Assembly (NCBI GenBank): GCA_963664325.2
Contig: CAXXDQ010000004.1
Location: 1-64,000 of the forward strand
Direction of reading: 5' to 3'
DNA from: Desulfomonilia bacterium
GTDB lineage: Bacteria; Desulfobacterota; Desulfomonilia; UBA1062
DNA length: 64,000 bases
Shown here: piece after piece, positions 1 through 10,974 of the stretch
Numbering within the stretch: the stretch's first letter is position 1
Layout of the letters: the number at the start of each line of letters is the position of its first letter
Position numbers and translations under genes: made by a program
The notes under the pieces: generated by a model
Database searches by the model: none
What the model saw: only the letters and a program-made list of their open reading frames with translations
What the model was told of the DNA's origin: nothing

Positions 1-643
1 TACATCCGATAATTCATCAACATTTTATGCCCAGGTAATGGACAGCCTTGGCCTGACCGGGAAATATGATGTGCTTGATATTAAATTGGGCAAAACTTCT
101 ACAACCTCCGGTGTATTATTGCCCAAATATATTAACCCTATGTTTACCGAAACATTAAAATTATATAAGGCGGTTTTCTGGTACACGGATAACGATCCGT
201 CACTTGACGTTGCCCAGTCTACTATCAGAAGCTACACGGATGCAGGAGGAAAAATCCTCTTCTCTATGTTGTTCCCGCAGATATTTGAAACCCGCGGTTT
301 GAATGACTTTTTGCCGATTGACGGTGTAAGCTCCGCGCCTATTTCTGTTATCCCAAACAATACATTAATTAATGCTACATCGGATGCTGTTGCTGCCGGA
401 TTTAAAAGTATGCAGAGAGATGCAACCGGTACTGTGGCAAGGGTATGGACTTATAATACAAATTTATTAACTACAACAAACCTATATACACTCGGAATGT
501 CGAATAATCCGGTTATCGGTTTCAAGCGTAATGATGGTAATATAGTGTTTATCGGCCTGCCGCTGCACAGGCTGAACGGAAACGGCAATGTAAAATCATT
601 TTTACAGAAAGTATTCTTCGGTGAATTTGGAGTGACAAAATGA
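1..643 (+). CDS. 5'-truncated hypothetical protein of the TonB/PorV cluster
   Basis: The frame is open from the window edge, and the stop overlaps the next ATG (ATGA coupling). Confidence 0.7.
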   Translation, partial: TSDNSSTFYAQVMDSLGLTGKYDVLDIKLGKTSTTSGVLLPKYINPMFTETLKLYKAVFWYTDNDPSLDVAQSTIRSYTDAGGKILFSMLFPQIFETRGLNDFLPIDGVSSAPISVIPNNTLINATSDAVAAGFKSMQRDATGTVARVWTYNTNLLTTTNLYTLGMSNNPVIGFKRNDGNIVFIGLPLHRLNGNGNVKSFLQKVFFGEFGVTK

Positions 644-3450
644 TGAAAAAGTTATTTATACTGATGGTTTTACTTTTAACACAGTTCATTTCCGCGCAGG
701 GGAAAGGCACCTTTTCGGGTACTGTTACCGACGCTAAGACGAATGAACCGTTGTTTGGTGTGAATGTTATTTTAAAAGGAACCTATTACGGCGCTTCAAC
801 AAATATTGACGGTAAATATAAAATAGATAATATTGCTGTCGGTTCATATACTGTTGAAGTTTCTTTAATCGGTTATAAGACTACCCAGTTTACCGGAATT
901 AAGATTGAAGACGGTAAGGCCAAAAAACTTGATATTAAATTAGTTGAATCGGTTTTAACAATTGGTCAGGATGTAGTAATTATCGGCGATAAACCGATGG
1001 TTGATGTTGAAGAAACCCAAAGCAAAAAGGCGTTGGGGCGCGAAGAAATAGACATGGCCAAGGTTGAAAATGTTAGCGATCTTGTAACACAGCAGGCAGG
1101 CATTATTAAGACCGATAACGAAATACATATCCGCGGCGGTCGCGCATACGAAAGCGCGTACCTGCTTGACGGTGTTTCTGTGCAGGATCCTCTTGCCGGT
1201 ACCGGTTTCGGTCTTGAATTGAGTGCAAATGCAATTGAAGAAGTAGAAGTAATTACAGGCGGTTTTAATGCCGAATACGGCCAGGCAACCTCCGGTGTTG
1301 TAAACGTAAAAACAAGAGACGGCGGTAACTCATACAGCGGTTCTCTTTCATACAAGACTGATAAGTTGGCAAGCCAAAGCTCTTCACATGTTTTTAATAC
1401 TGATGTGGCAGAGATGAGTTTTGGCGGTCCTGAACCATTAACATCTTATTTGTTACCTGCAATAGGGTTAAAAATTCCTGGTGATCTTACCTTCTTTTTA
1501 AGCGCCAGGGGCGGTTTTACGGACGGTATTACACAGGGATATTATAAGGGAACTGCAACACAGCTTCATTCTTCAATTTTCTATGATACACGCTTTGCTC
1601 CAAAATCAGAAAACAGCTGGTATGGCTCGGCAAAGGTTACATATAAAGTTTCACCAACTCTTAAATTCTCATATTCATTTAATGAGTCTGTAAATATCAA
1701 CCAGAATTCACAGTCGCTGCAGTCTAACCTTGAGTATGTAGAACCGAGTCCGGGTTACCAGTTCGCGTTCCAGAAGAATCTTGATAACGCGAATGTGTTT
1801 ACCCATATTTCAAAAATGAACAATTTTTCAATTTCTCATACTCTGAATCCAAAAACATTTTATGAATTGAAATTAAGCCATTTTTATACTCACATGCGCG
1901 CTGATGCAAACGGAAGATATTATACAGATTACAAAGAGCCGAAAGATTTTGCAAACTTCCCGCTTGAGTATTACAACCTGAACAGAGATACAATCGGAGT
2001 TATTCCAGGTGACGGTTTCTGGGATACGGGTAATCCTTCAACCTGGAGAGATCACTATACCGAAGAGGTTTCATTTAGAGGAGATATTACAAGCTTCTTT
2101 GATGAAAAGAATAAATTCAAAGCCGGTTTCAGTATGAGCTTCCAGGAAATGCAGGTTGTTGATATTAACAAGCCGTGGATAGGTGTTCTTGGTGCAAACA
2201 ATGACATCTATAACACACACCCGGCAAGCGGCGCATTATACGCCCAGGATAATATCAATTTCAGCGGTATGATATTAAATTTCGGGTTAAGACTTGACTA
2301 CTGGTTCCCCGGAAAGTTTATTGATGACGCAATTGACAACCCGGATGTAGTAACAATACCGGACGAAATAAGAAAAGCTTATAAAGATGAAAGCTTTAAA
2401 TGGTTTGGAAACAGGCATTATAAGGCCCGTTTAAGTCCGCGTCTTGGTATTTCACATCCTGTATCAAATAACCAGATATTGTTCTTCTCATACGGTCATT
2501 TCAGCAAATGGCCAAACCCAAAATTTGTATACGCAAAAATGAGCCCATATAACGCTCAGTCTTCATTCCAGTCTTTTGGTAATCCGAATCTTAACCCGGA
2601 GACCACTGTTGCGTATGAGCTCGGGTTAAAGACACAGTTTACAGATGATGATGTATTGACGGTTACCGCATATTATAAAGATATTTTTGATTATGTAAGT
2701 ACACGTACGGCAATAATTTCTTCAGCCCGTTTTGCCACACAAAAGTTTACAACCTATGTTAACCAGGATTACGCCCGTTCAAGAGGGGTTGAGCTTGAGT
2801 ACAAGAAGAGACTCGGAAAGTGGTTTAACGGCTCGTTTAACTTTACATACGCTATTGTTACCGGAAAAAGCTCATCGGCAGATGAAGGAGTGCTAATTGC
2901 CCGCGGAGATCTGGACGAATCAATTAAAGAAGAATATACACCGTGGGACAGGCCTCTTACTGCTTCGCTTACAACCAACTTCTTTGTTGATAAGGATCAG
3001 GCGCTCTTCGGTTTTGGAAACGGAATTCTTGATGATTACAATCTTTACATAAAGTTCTTCTTCGAGAGCGGCAAGCGCTATACTCCGGCTTACTTTACAG
3101 GTAACTACCTGGCAGACGGAAGACCGGAATATGTTTCATCCAGAACGGACAGATACGGTAAAATAGGTGAAGACTGGTTCTGGATTGATTTGAATTTTGA
3201 AAAGAATTTTAGTTTCAACAAATTAAAATTTGCACTTTTTGTTGAAGTGAATAATCTTCTTGACAGTAAGAATTCGCAGATTGTTAACCCGGCTACCGGT
3301 AAGGCATATGAATACGGCGATCCGCTGCCTACATCTTATAATGATCCAAGATATCCCGACTTGCAGGCGCCGCTCAATCCATATCCATTTGATCCGTCCC
3401 GTTATCTGACGGTTAGGAATGTAAAAGCCGGTGTAAGAGTTAAATTTTAA
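640..3450 (+). CDS. TonB-dependent receptor with N-terminal carboxypeptidase-regulatory-like domain
   Basis: Signal peptide, SGTVTDAKTNEPLFGVNV domain, plug motifs (IHIRGGR, GGFNAEYG), GNPNLNPE, C-terminal F. Confidence 0.92.
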   Translation: MMKKLFILMVLLLTQFISAQGKGTFSGTVTDAKTNEPLFGVNVILKGTYYGASTNIDGKYKIDNIAVGSYTVEVSLIGYKTTQFTGIKIEDGKAKKLDIKLVESVLTIGQDVVIIGDKPMVDVEETQSKKALGREEIDMAKVENVSDLVTQQAGIIKTDNEIHIRGGRAYESAYLLDGVSVQDPLAGTGFGLELSANAIEEVEVITGGFNAEYGQATSGVVNVKTRDGGNSYSGSLSYKTDKLASQSSSHVFNTDVAEMSFGGPEPLTSYLLPAIGLKIPGDLTFFLSARGGFTDGITQGYYKGTATQLHSSIFYDTRFAPKSENSWYGSAKVTYKVSPTLKFSYSFNESVNINQNSQSLQSNLEYVEPSPGYQFAFQKNLDNANVFTHISKMNNFSISHTLNPKTFYELKLSHFYTHMRADANGRYYTDYKEPKDFANFPLEYYNLNRDTIGVIPGDGFWDTGNPSTWRDHYTEEVSFRGDITSFFDEKNKFKAGFSMSFQEMQVVDINKPWIGVLGANNDIYNTHPASGALYAQDNINFSGMILNFGLRLDYWFPGKFIDDAIDNPDVVTIPDEIRKAYKDESFKWFGNRHYKARLSPRLGISHPVSNNQILFFSYGHFSKWPNPKFVYAKMSPYNAQSSFQSFGNPNLNPETTVAYELGLKTQFTDDDVLTVTAYYKDIFDYVSTRTAIISSARFATQKFTTYVNQDYARSRGVELEYKKRLGKWFNGSFNFTYAIVTGKSSSADEGVLIARGDLDESIKEEYTPWDRPLTASLTTNFFVDKDQALFGFGNGILDDYNLYIKFFFESGKRYTPAYFTGNYLADGRPEYVSSRTDRYGKIGEDWFWIDLNFEKNFSFNKLKFALFVEVNNLLDSKNSQIVNPATGKAYEYGDPLPTSYNDPRYPDLQAPLNPYPFDPSRYLTVRNVKAGVRVKF

Positions 3451-3485
3451 CGTAATATAAAAAAGAATTTGGTCTGAAAATATCT

Positions 3486-4463
3486 ATGAAAAAAATAATT
3501 TTATTAGTTTTATTATCCGTGTTGGCATTTGAAAGCAAAGCTCAGCTTTTCCCAACCCTCGGCGGTCAGCGGGCCGGTATATCAACGGCACAATTTCTTA
3601 AAATTGGTGTCGGAGGGCGTGCTTCTGCTATGGGAGATGCTTTTGTTGCTGTTGCCAATGATGCTTCGGCATTATACTGGAACCCTGCAGGGTTAACACT
3701 TTTCCCCGAAAACCAGCTCATAGTTGCTCACAACGAATGGGTTGTAAATATAAAACACGATTTTATTGGCGCAGTATATCATCTGGATGGTACAAATACA
3801 TTCGGTGTAGCGTTAACGTCTTTAAGAACCGACGATATGCCTGTTACTACTGAATTTGCTCCGTTTGGTACAGGCGAGTATTTCTCATATAGCGATATGG
3901 CTATTGCTGTCAGCTATTCAAGAAAAATGACCGAGCAGTTCAGCTTTGGCGGAAGTGTCCGTTACGTGGAGGAAACTCTGGACAAGTTAAAGATGAGAGC
4001 TGTGATGATTGATCTTGGTACTTTTTATTATACCGGTCTCGGCACATCCCGTTTCGCGGTAGCTGTAACCAACTTCGGAAACCAGATGGCTCCGGATGGA
4101 GAAGTAGTATTATGGGGAGATCGAAAAGTTACCGAATGGCAGTCATTTTCTCCACCGACAATGTTCAGAATCGGTTTTGCTTTTGAACCGTACCAGACAG
4201 ACGAACACATGGTTACAACATCAATTCAGCTGAATCATCCAAACGATAACAGCGAAAACGTATCTGTGGGAGCTGAATACAAATGGAAGAGCCTGCTGCA
4301 TTTACGCGGCGGTTACAAATTTAATGTTGATGAACAGAACTATACATTTGGAGCAGGGCTTAATATACCACTTAGTATAGCTAATTTTACACTTGATTAC
4401 GCGTATTCTAATTTTACAAAATTAGGCAGCGCGCACCGTTTTTCAATAATTCTGGGCTTATAA
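3486..4463 (+). CDS. PorV/PorQ family outer-membrane protein (T9SS-associated)
   Basis: FLKIGVGGRASAMGDAFVAVANDASALYWNPAGL signature, plus the LRGGY...DYAY...HRFSI C-terminus. Confidence 0.9.
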   Translation: MKKIILLVLLSVLAFESKAQLFPTLGGQRAGISTAQFLKIGVGGRASAMGDAFVAVANDASALYWNPAGLTLFPENQLIVAHNEWVVNIKHDFIGAVYHLDGTNTFGVALTSLRTDDMPVTTEFAPFGTGEYFSYSDMAIAVSYSRKMTEQFSFGGSVRYVEETLDKLKMRAVMIDLGTFYYTGLGTSRFAVAVTNFGNQMAPDGEVVLWGDRKVTEWQSFSPPTMFRIGFAFEPYQTDEHMVTTSIQLNHPNDNSENVSVGAEYKWKSLLHLRGGYKFNVDEQNYTFGAGLNIPLSIANFTLDYAYSNFTKLGSAHRFSIILGL

Positions 4464-4467
4464 TTAT

Positions 4468-5556
4468 ATGAAGAAGATTTTTATTTTATTTGGATTTTTA
4501 ATAGCGTTGTATTCGGCAGGCTGCTCTGATAAACTTGATATTAATCAGTTCAATAGCGCGAGCGGCGGCAATAACATTGGCGGAGATACAGTTTATATTC
4601 AAATTTCCCCTTCGTGGGAAGGGTTCAATCACCCAAGCGATATAATTGTAGGAAACGAGCCGTTTATTTATGTTGCCGATACTGATAACAACCGTATAGT
4701 GATGTTAAATATTGCCGGGCAGGTTTTAGGCACCCGTACAGTTAAGAAACCTGTAGCAATTGCCCAGGACTATAAACTTAACCTGATTGTCTGCGCACAG
4801 TTTGATACTACATTGTCAACCGGAGAAACAAAGACATTTAGCGCGGTTTATAAGTTTAATATGGTCGCTGCAGGGCACCATATTGAAAACGCCCCGGTTG
4901 CGCGTTTGCTTCCGGCTACAAAAGATCTTAACAGACCTGACAGAATCTACACCGGCGTTACTGTTTTTGATGATAACTCATTTTATGTATCGCGTACAGG
5001 CCCGTTAAATTCAAGTTTTATCGACCCGGATAACTCAATCCTTATCTTTTCAGCCAAATCTTTAATTACAGGAGCGGTTGGAGATACTCTTATCGGGCGT
5101 GTGCCAAATATTAGTCCTGAAGGAACAGGGCTTGTTTCTGCCTATAACATTACCTCAATTCGTTCTTTAAAGAAAAAAGGGAACAGAGACTTAATTATTA
5201 CACTTAATGGTGCCGGCAATAGTTTTAAGGCACAGTGGCTTACCTGGGTTGAAACTACTGAAAAATCGGAGTACTCAAGTAAATTACAGGCAAACGCTTC
5301 GGCGTTCATGACAATCAGGAAGTTTAAAAAACCGATGGGCTCTACTATAGATAATTTCGGTAATATTTATATTGCCGATGCCCAGACCGACAGCGTATAT
5401 AAATTCAATACATTCGGCGAGGAACTCCAGTCATTTGGCGGACCAAAAGTATTCAATTCTCCCAACTCGGTTGCCTGGTTCGATAAGACTTTATATGTAG
5501 CAGATAAAAACAATAACAGGATAGCAAGGTTTGTCCTTTCTACGGAGCTTAAATGA
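4468..5556 (+). CDS. NHL-repeat beta-propeller lipoprotein
   Basis: Lipobox SAGC and repeats YVADTDNNRI, YIADAQTDSV, YVADKNNNRI. Confidence 0.8.
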   Translation: MKKIFILFGFLIALYSAGCSDKLDINQFNSASGGNNIGGDTVYIQISPSWEGFNHPSDIIVGNEPFIYVADTDNNRIVMLNIAGQVLGTRTVKKPVAIAQDYKLNLIVCAQFDTTLSTGETKTFSAVYKFNMVAAGHHIENAPVARLLPATKDLNRPDRIYTGVTVFDDNSFYVSRTGPLNSSFIDPDNSILIFSAKSLITGAVGDTLIGRVPNISPEGTGLVSAYNITSIRSLKKKGNRDLIITLNGAGNSFKAQWLTWVETTEKSEYSSKLQANASAFMTIRKFKKPMGSTIDNFGNIYIADAQTDSVYKFNTFGEELQSFGGPKVFNSPNSVAWFDKTLYVADKNNNRIARFVLSTELK

Positions 5557-7880
5557 TAAGAAAGCTTTTTGTTCTTTTTTTTACCGCGTGTTCGCTTTTA
5601 GTATACAGCCAGACAGTTGTGCCTATTTCAACCTTGAAAGTAAACAATTCGGATGGTGTCCCGGTTGAAAACGGCAAAATTTTTACCGTCACCGGGATAG
5701 TTACTTCTTCAACACAACTTGGCAGCGCAGGTCCTGGAACCGTTCAGGACGCTACCGGGGCAATTGCCGTTTATGGAAGCTCTTTCTGCAGCCAGGTAAA
5801 AATAGGGGATTCGGTTACTGTTACCGCTACTCTTACTTTTTATAACGGCCTTGCCGAACTCGATTTTTCGAAAGCAGGTTCTTCTCTTGTTAAACATTCA
5901 TCCGGTAAAACGGTTGAACCCTTGATTGTTACAATCAATCAAATTAATAACCAGACCTGGAACGGAATTGAAGAATATGAGAGCGAACTAATAAGAATTA
6001 ATAATGTAACAATTACTGAAACCGGAACATTTGCCGGGAATAAAAACTACAATATTACTGATGCTACTGGTACCGGCAGCCAGATGCTTAGGATAGATAC
6101 CGATGTTTCAAGTCTTGTAGGTGCCGCAATACCTTCGGGAAAGGTTGATATTATAGGTATTCTTGGACAGTATAAAACAACTGCGCCGTATAACTCAGGC
6201 TACCAGCTTCAGCCCCGTTTTATTGCCGATATTATTGATGATGGCCGCCCGAATATATTGAATCCTGTTTTTGCCTCAAACATAACTCCAAATTCTTTTG
6301 TTGTTAACTACACAACTTCACGCAATGGAAATACAAAAGTAAAATACGGTCTCACCTCGGCTCTTGAACTTGATTCATTAATCATTAATGAAGACACAAC
6401 AATACATATTGTAAAGATTGCCGGTTTACAGCCGTTAAAAACATATTATTACAAAGTATATTCAACAAATTCAAAAGGCTCGGCCGAAAGCGCTGTTTAC
6501 AATGTTACAACCGCTTCAACCGATACATCCGCCGATAAAATAAATGTGTACTTTAATTACCCGGTTGATACCTCGGTAGCAATACCAGGGAACGCAGCAA
6601 AAGGGAATATCAATTTTGCCGTTAAGCTGGTTGAAAGAATAAACAACGCCTACTATTCGCTTGATCTTGCTCTCTATTCTTTCATTGGTCTCCCTGAAGT
6701 AGTAAACGCTATAATCGGCGCAAAAAACAGAGGGGTTAAAGTAAGAGTTGTATATGACAGCCGCACAACACAAAACAGCATGCAAAGCCTTATTGATGCC
6801 GGGATAAAAATAAGCAAACGCCCGCCTGACGCCGGCAGCTTCAGCGGAATTATGCATAATAAATTTATTATTGTTGACGCGCGCGATACTAATCCGGCAA
6901 ATGACTGGGTTTGGACCGGTTCCTGGAATATCAGCTCGACTGAGCTTACCTGGAAAAATAATGTAATTGAAATTAATGACGCTGCGCTTGCAGCCGCATA
7001 TACAAAAGAATTTGAAGAGATGTGGGGAAGCAGTACAGATGAACCTGATGCCTCAAAGGCAAAGTTCGGAATGTATAAGACGGACAACACTCCACATAAT
7101 TTTTCTGTAAGCGGCAAAGAAATAAATTTGTATTTCAGCCCTTCAGATAAGACAAATTCATATATCCTTAATGTACTCAATTCAGCAAATTATAGTATTT
7201 ATATGTCGCTTTTAGTATTTACCCGCGACGATTTATATAACTCAATTTTATACCGTAAAAACGCGGGAGTTACCGATATTCGGGGTATCGTTGAACAATA
7301 TAATACTATCGGCAGCGAATACACGAAACTAAGCGCAATAGCAGAAATGTTTACTACACCTACCGGACAGTCGATTCTTCATCATAAATACGGCATTATT
7401 GATGCATCGTATTCGGCAAGCAATCCTACTTTAATTACCGGTTCTCATAACTGGTCTACCGCGGCCGAAACGGATAACGATGAGAATACATTAATTATCA
7501 AAGATTTGAAGATTGCAAATCTATATCTGCAGGAATTTAAAAAGAGATATAACGACTACGGCGGAAAAGCTACATTCGTTGTGCCTGTTTCGGTTAATGA
7601 CGGTAAAATTGAAAAGTTCAATTATTCGTTATACCAAAATTACCCTAACCCGTTTAATCCTGTTACAACAATCCGTTTTGAAGTTCCATCAGATCAGAAA
7701 GTTACGCTTGAAGTATTTGATATGCTGGGAAGAAGAGTAAAAACCCTTTATGATAAAGAAACAAAACGGGGTATAGTAGCCGTAGATTTTAACGCGGCCG
7801 GGCTTTCAAGCGGTATTTATTTCTATACTATAAAAACTAACGAATTTACCGCTACCAAAAAATTGATGCTGATGAAATAG
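5553..7880 (+). CDS. Secreted phospholipase D/Nuc-superfamily protein with OB-fold-like and FN3 domains and a T9SS C-terminal sorting domain
   Basis: Two HKD motifs (HNKFIIVD, HHKYGIID) and a CTD LYQNYPNPFNP...SGIYFY...KKLMLMK. Confidence 0.88.
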   Translation: MIRKLFVLFFTACSLLVYSQTVVPISTLKVNNSDGVPVENGKIFTVTGIVTSSTQLGSAGPGTVQDATGAIAVYGSSFCSQVKIGDSVTVTATLTFYNGLAELDFSKAGSSLVKHSSGKTVEPLIVTINQINNQTWNGIEEYESELIRINNVTITETGTFAGNKNYNITDATGTGSQMLRIDTDVSSLVGAAIPSGKVDIIGILGQYKTTAPYNSGYQLQPRFIADIIDDGRPNILNPVFASNITPNSFVVNYTTSRNGNTKVKYGLTSALELDSLIINEDTTIHIVKIAGLQPLKTYYYKVYSTNSKGSAESAVYNVTTASTDTSADKINVYFNYPVDTSVAIPGNAAKGNINFAVKLVERINNAYYSLDLALYSFIGLPEVVNAIIGAKNRGVKVRVVYDSRTTQNSMQSLIDAGIKISKRPPDAGSFSGIMHNKFIIVDARDTNPANDWVWTGSWNISSTELTWKNNVIEINDAALAAAYTKEFEEMWGSSTDEPDASKAKFGMYKTDNTPHNFSVSGKEINLYFSPSDKTNSYILNVLNSANYSIYMSLLVFTRDDLYNSILYRKNAGVTDIRGIVEQYNTIGSEYTKLSAIAEMFTTPTGQSILHHKYGIIDASYSASNPTLITGSHNWSTAAETDNDENTLIIKDLKIANLYLQEFKKRYNDYGGKATFVVPVSVNDGKIEKFNYSLYQNYPNPFNPVTTIRFEVPSDQKVTLEVFDMLGRRVKTLYDKETKRGIVAVDFNAAGLSSGIYFYTIKTNEFTATKKLMLMK

Positions 7881-7936
7881 TAAAGGCAAACCTCGTATTC
7901 GGTGGCCAAATATTTCTTATAGAAAAAATAGAAAAG

Positions 7937-8012
7937 TTTCCCGCAGAAAGCGCAGATTAACGCAGATAAAAACAATTTCGTTTCTGCGGTTATCTGAGCT
8001 ATCTGCGGGAAA
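7937..8012. repeat. CGCAGA-unit palindromic intergenic element, copy 1
   Basis: tttcccgcagaaagcgcagattaacgcagat ... tctgcggttatctgagctatctgcgggaaa, with homologues at 20656 and 32069. Confidence 0.85.
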
Positions 8013-8094
8013 TTTTCGTTTATCTTTTTGCTTTAATTCTTTTACTGACGTAAATATGGATGTACTAAAGTAAGCATAATTTTATTTTACAAAT

Positions 8095-8140
8095 AAAACC
8101 TCCGGAGAATCTTAATTCTGAAATTTTCCGGAGGTTTTTT
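8095..8140 (+). terminator. Probable intrinsic terminator after the TonB/PorV cluster
   Basis: aaaacctccggagaat/attttccggaggtttt stem followed by a T run. Confidence 0.65.
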
Positions 8141-8261
8141 CTATTATACTTACTTGATTAATATTTCATCCTTGCTTATCTTAAAGGACAAATTAACAAA
8201 AATCTAAAAGTTTTTCACAGGTTGATTGAATCTTGTATTAGTATTTTTCAACGGATAATTA

Positions 8262-10896
8262 ATGAGTTTCAGGACTAAATACAGGGGGAAAATTTCGCTA
8301 TGGATTCCTATTTCATTGATAGCAATTCTGGGAATTATTTTTAGTATCTCCTTATCTTTACACCTGCGGAATATCAGCACCGAAGATCTTGTACAAAAAT
8401 TTCAAAGATCAGCCTCCGAAAGATCAAATTTGATAATTACGAATCTGAATAATTATCTGAATGACCTGGAAGCTGTGCAGCGCTTTTATGATGGATCACA
8501 ATTTGTAACCCGCCAGGAATTTAAAACATTCGTATCACCTATTATTCGCGATAAAGGCTTTCAGGCTATAGAATGGCTTCCAAGAATAAAAGCCGATCAA
8601 AGAGAAAATATAGAAAAAAGTGTAAGGAAAGAAGGTTATAAGGATTTTAGTTTTACCGAGCTGGATTCGGCTGGTAAAATAGTTACCGCAAAGAACAGAG
8701 AAGAGTATTTTCCGGTTTTGTATCTTGAACCGTTTTTAGGTAATGAAAACGCATTTGGTTACGCGCCTCCTTCTTCTAATCCGGCAAGAGGTAAAAGCCT
8801 TAATATGGCTTGCGATATGAATCAGCCGATGGCCAGCGAAAGAATAATTCTTGTTCAGGAAAAAGAAAGACACTTTGCTTTTTTGGTTGTATTGCCAATT
8901 TACCATGGCACCGGTTTTATTCCTGAAACAGTAGAGAAGAGAAGACAACTGCTTCAGGGATTTGTGCAGGGAGTATTAAGGCCGGTTGATATTCTTGACA
9001 AAGCGCTTGCACAGATTTCGAGAGCTGATATTGCAATCAGAATGATTGACATGACTGCGCAGGGGGATAAACAGCAATTATATTTCCTGAAGACCGAAGA
9101 GTTTTCATTAAATGATAATATAAATTCTAATTTATCATTCAGCCAGGTATTTGAATTTTGCGGAAGAAGCTATAAAATTGAGTGCTATCCCGAAAATAGT
9201 TTTATTTCGAACAATCTTGAAAAATCCTATATTACTGTCCCGTTGTTGAGCGGAACATTTTTCCTTTTTATTGTAGTTTATTTATCTACTCTTGTTTACC
9301 AGCGGCGAAAGATGGAGGACCTGGTTGAAATAAGAACAAGAGAACTGAAAGGGAGCGAAGAAAGATTCCGTACACTTATACAAAACTCAAATGATATTTT
9401 TTCTATAATTGACGGGGACGGGAATATACACCTTATCAGCCCCTCAGTAGAAAGAATTACCGGGCTTTTACCTGAAGAACTTCTTGGCAAAACTATTTTT
9501 GATTACATGTATAACGATGATATCGTAACGGTGAAAAAAGTTCTTCATGACATCTTTAATACCCCGTTTCAGCTTTTTACTGTTCAGTTCAGGTACCATA
9601 AAAAGGACGGGGGAATCTGTTATCTTGAAGCCGTCAGCCAAAACCTCTTTGAAGTTGAAGGAGTAAAAGGAATTGTTGTAAATGTCAGAGATATTACCGA
9701 AAGAAAGCAGTTTGAGGAAGAGTTAATTAGTTCAAAGATCAAAGCTGAAGAAATGAACCGGGTTAAATCAAGCTTCTTCGCAAATATGAGCCACGAGCTG
9801 AGAACTCCTATGCATGGAATTCTTGGTATCTCACAGATACTTGAAGAATCGATCGAAAACCCGAAGATGAAGCGCCTTGTTGAAATGCTTTCACAGTCAG
9901 GAAAGAGACTTTTAAACACGTTAAACATGATTCTGAATCTATCGAGGGTAGAGGCAAATAAACTTGATATTAATTTGGTTTATATCAACATATGTGATGT
10001 AATAAAAGAAAACATCAGGTTGTATGAGTTAGGCGCAAACCAGAAGGACTTAAAACTTATTTACAATTCGGAATATGAAAATCTTGTTATAAAGACCGAC
10101 ATGCAGATGTTGAATTCGGTATTAAATAACATGATTGATAACGCTATAAAATATACAAACGAAGGAAGTATTGCTGTAAGCGCCGGGATACAAAAAATTG
10201 ACGGAATGACCTGGGCTTTCATCAAAGTTAAGGATACAGGTATCGGAATTTCGGAAGAGAATCAAAAAATTATTTTTGATGAATTCCGACAGGCAAGCGA
10301 AGGCTACAGCCGCTCGTTTGAAGGGACAGGCCTTGGGCTTTCAATAATAAAAAAATACATTGAATTATTAAACGGCAAAATTTCGGTTGAAAGCAGACTG
10401 GGAGAAGGTTCCACTTTTTCTGTATATCTGCCTGCTGTAAATATTGAAGAATCAGAACAGCAGAAAATAGAAAAGACGGGAGATATAAAAACTGATGTTA
10501 CAGAAAAAAGATACCCGGGGTTGTTAAACATCTTGCTGGTTGATTGATGAAGAAATAACATTTAATATCGTTAATATATGGCTGAGAACAACCGGTAGTC
10601 TCGATTACGCAAGCGATGAGGAAACGGCTGTTGCCAAATTGAAAAATGACAGATATGATGTAGTGATAATGGATATCAATCTAAAAAAAAGGGGGAACGG
10701 AATTGAAGTATTGAAAAAATTGAGGAAAATATCCGGCTATGAGGATATCCCTGTTATTGCCTGTACGGCTTATGCTATGAAGGGAGATAAAGAAAATTTG
10801 CTTCTTGAAGGTTTTAATTATTATCTGGCAAAGCCTTTTCAAAAGGATGAGCTATTGCTGTTAATAAATGCTTTGTCAAATTTAAGAAATAATTGA
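8262..10896 (+). CDS. Hybrid sensor kinase CHASE-PAS-HisKA-HATPase-REC, with a frameshift at about 10543
   Basis: TM-CHASE-TM, PAS, MSHELRTPMHG and GTGLGL motifs. The receiver motif LLVD-DE is split by one extra T between ORFs 8262..10547 and 10540..10896. Confidence 0.85.
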
Positions 10897-10974
10897 ATTG
10901 TGGTTTCTTTCAATTTATTGAATCCTACGATTTTGTGAAGTGTATGAGGATTTTATGATTAATAGTTTTAACAG

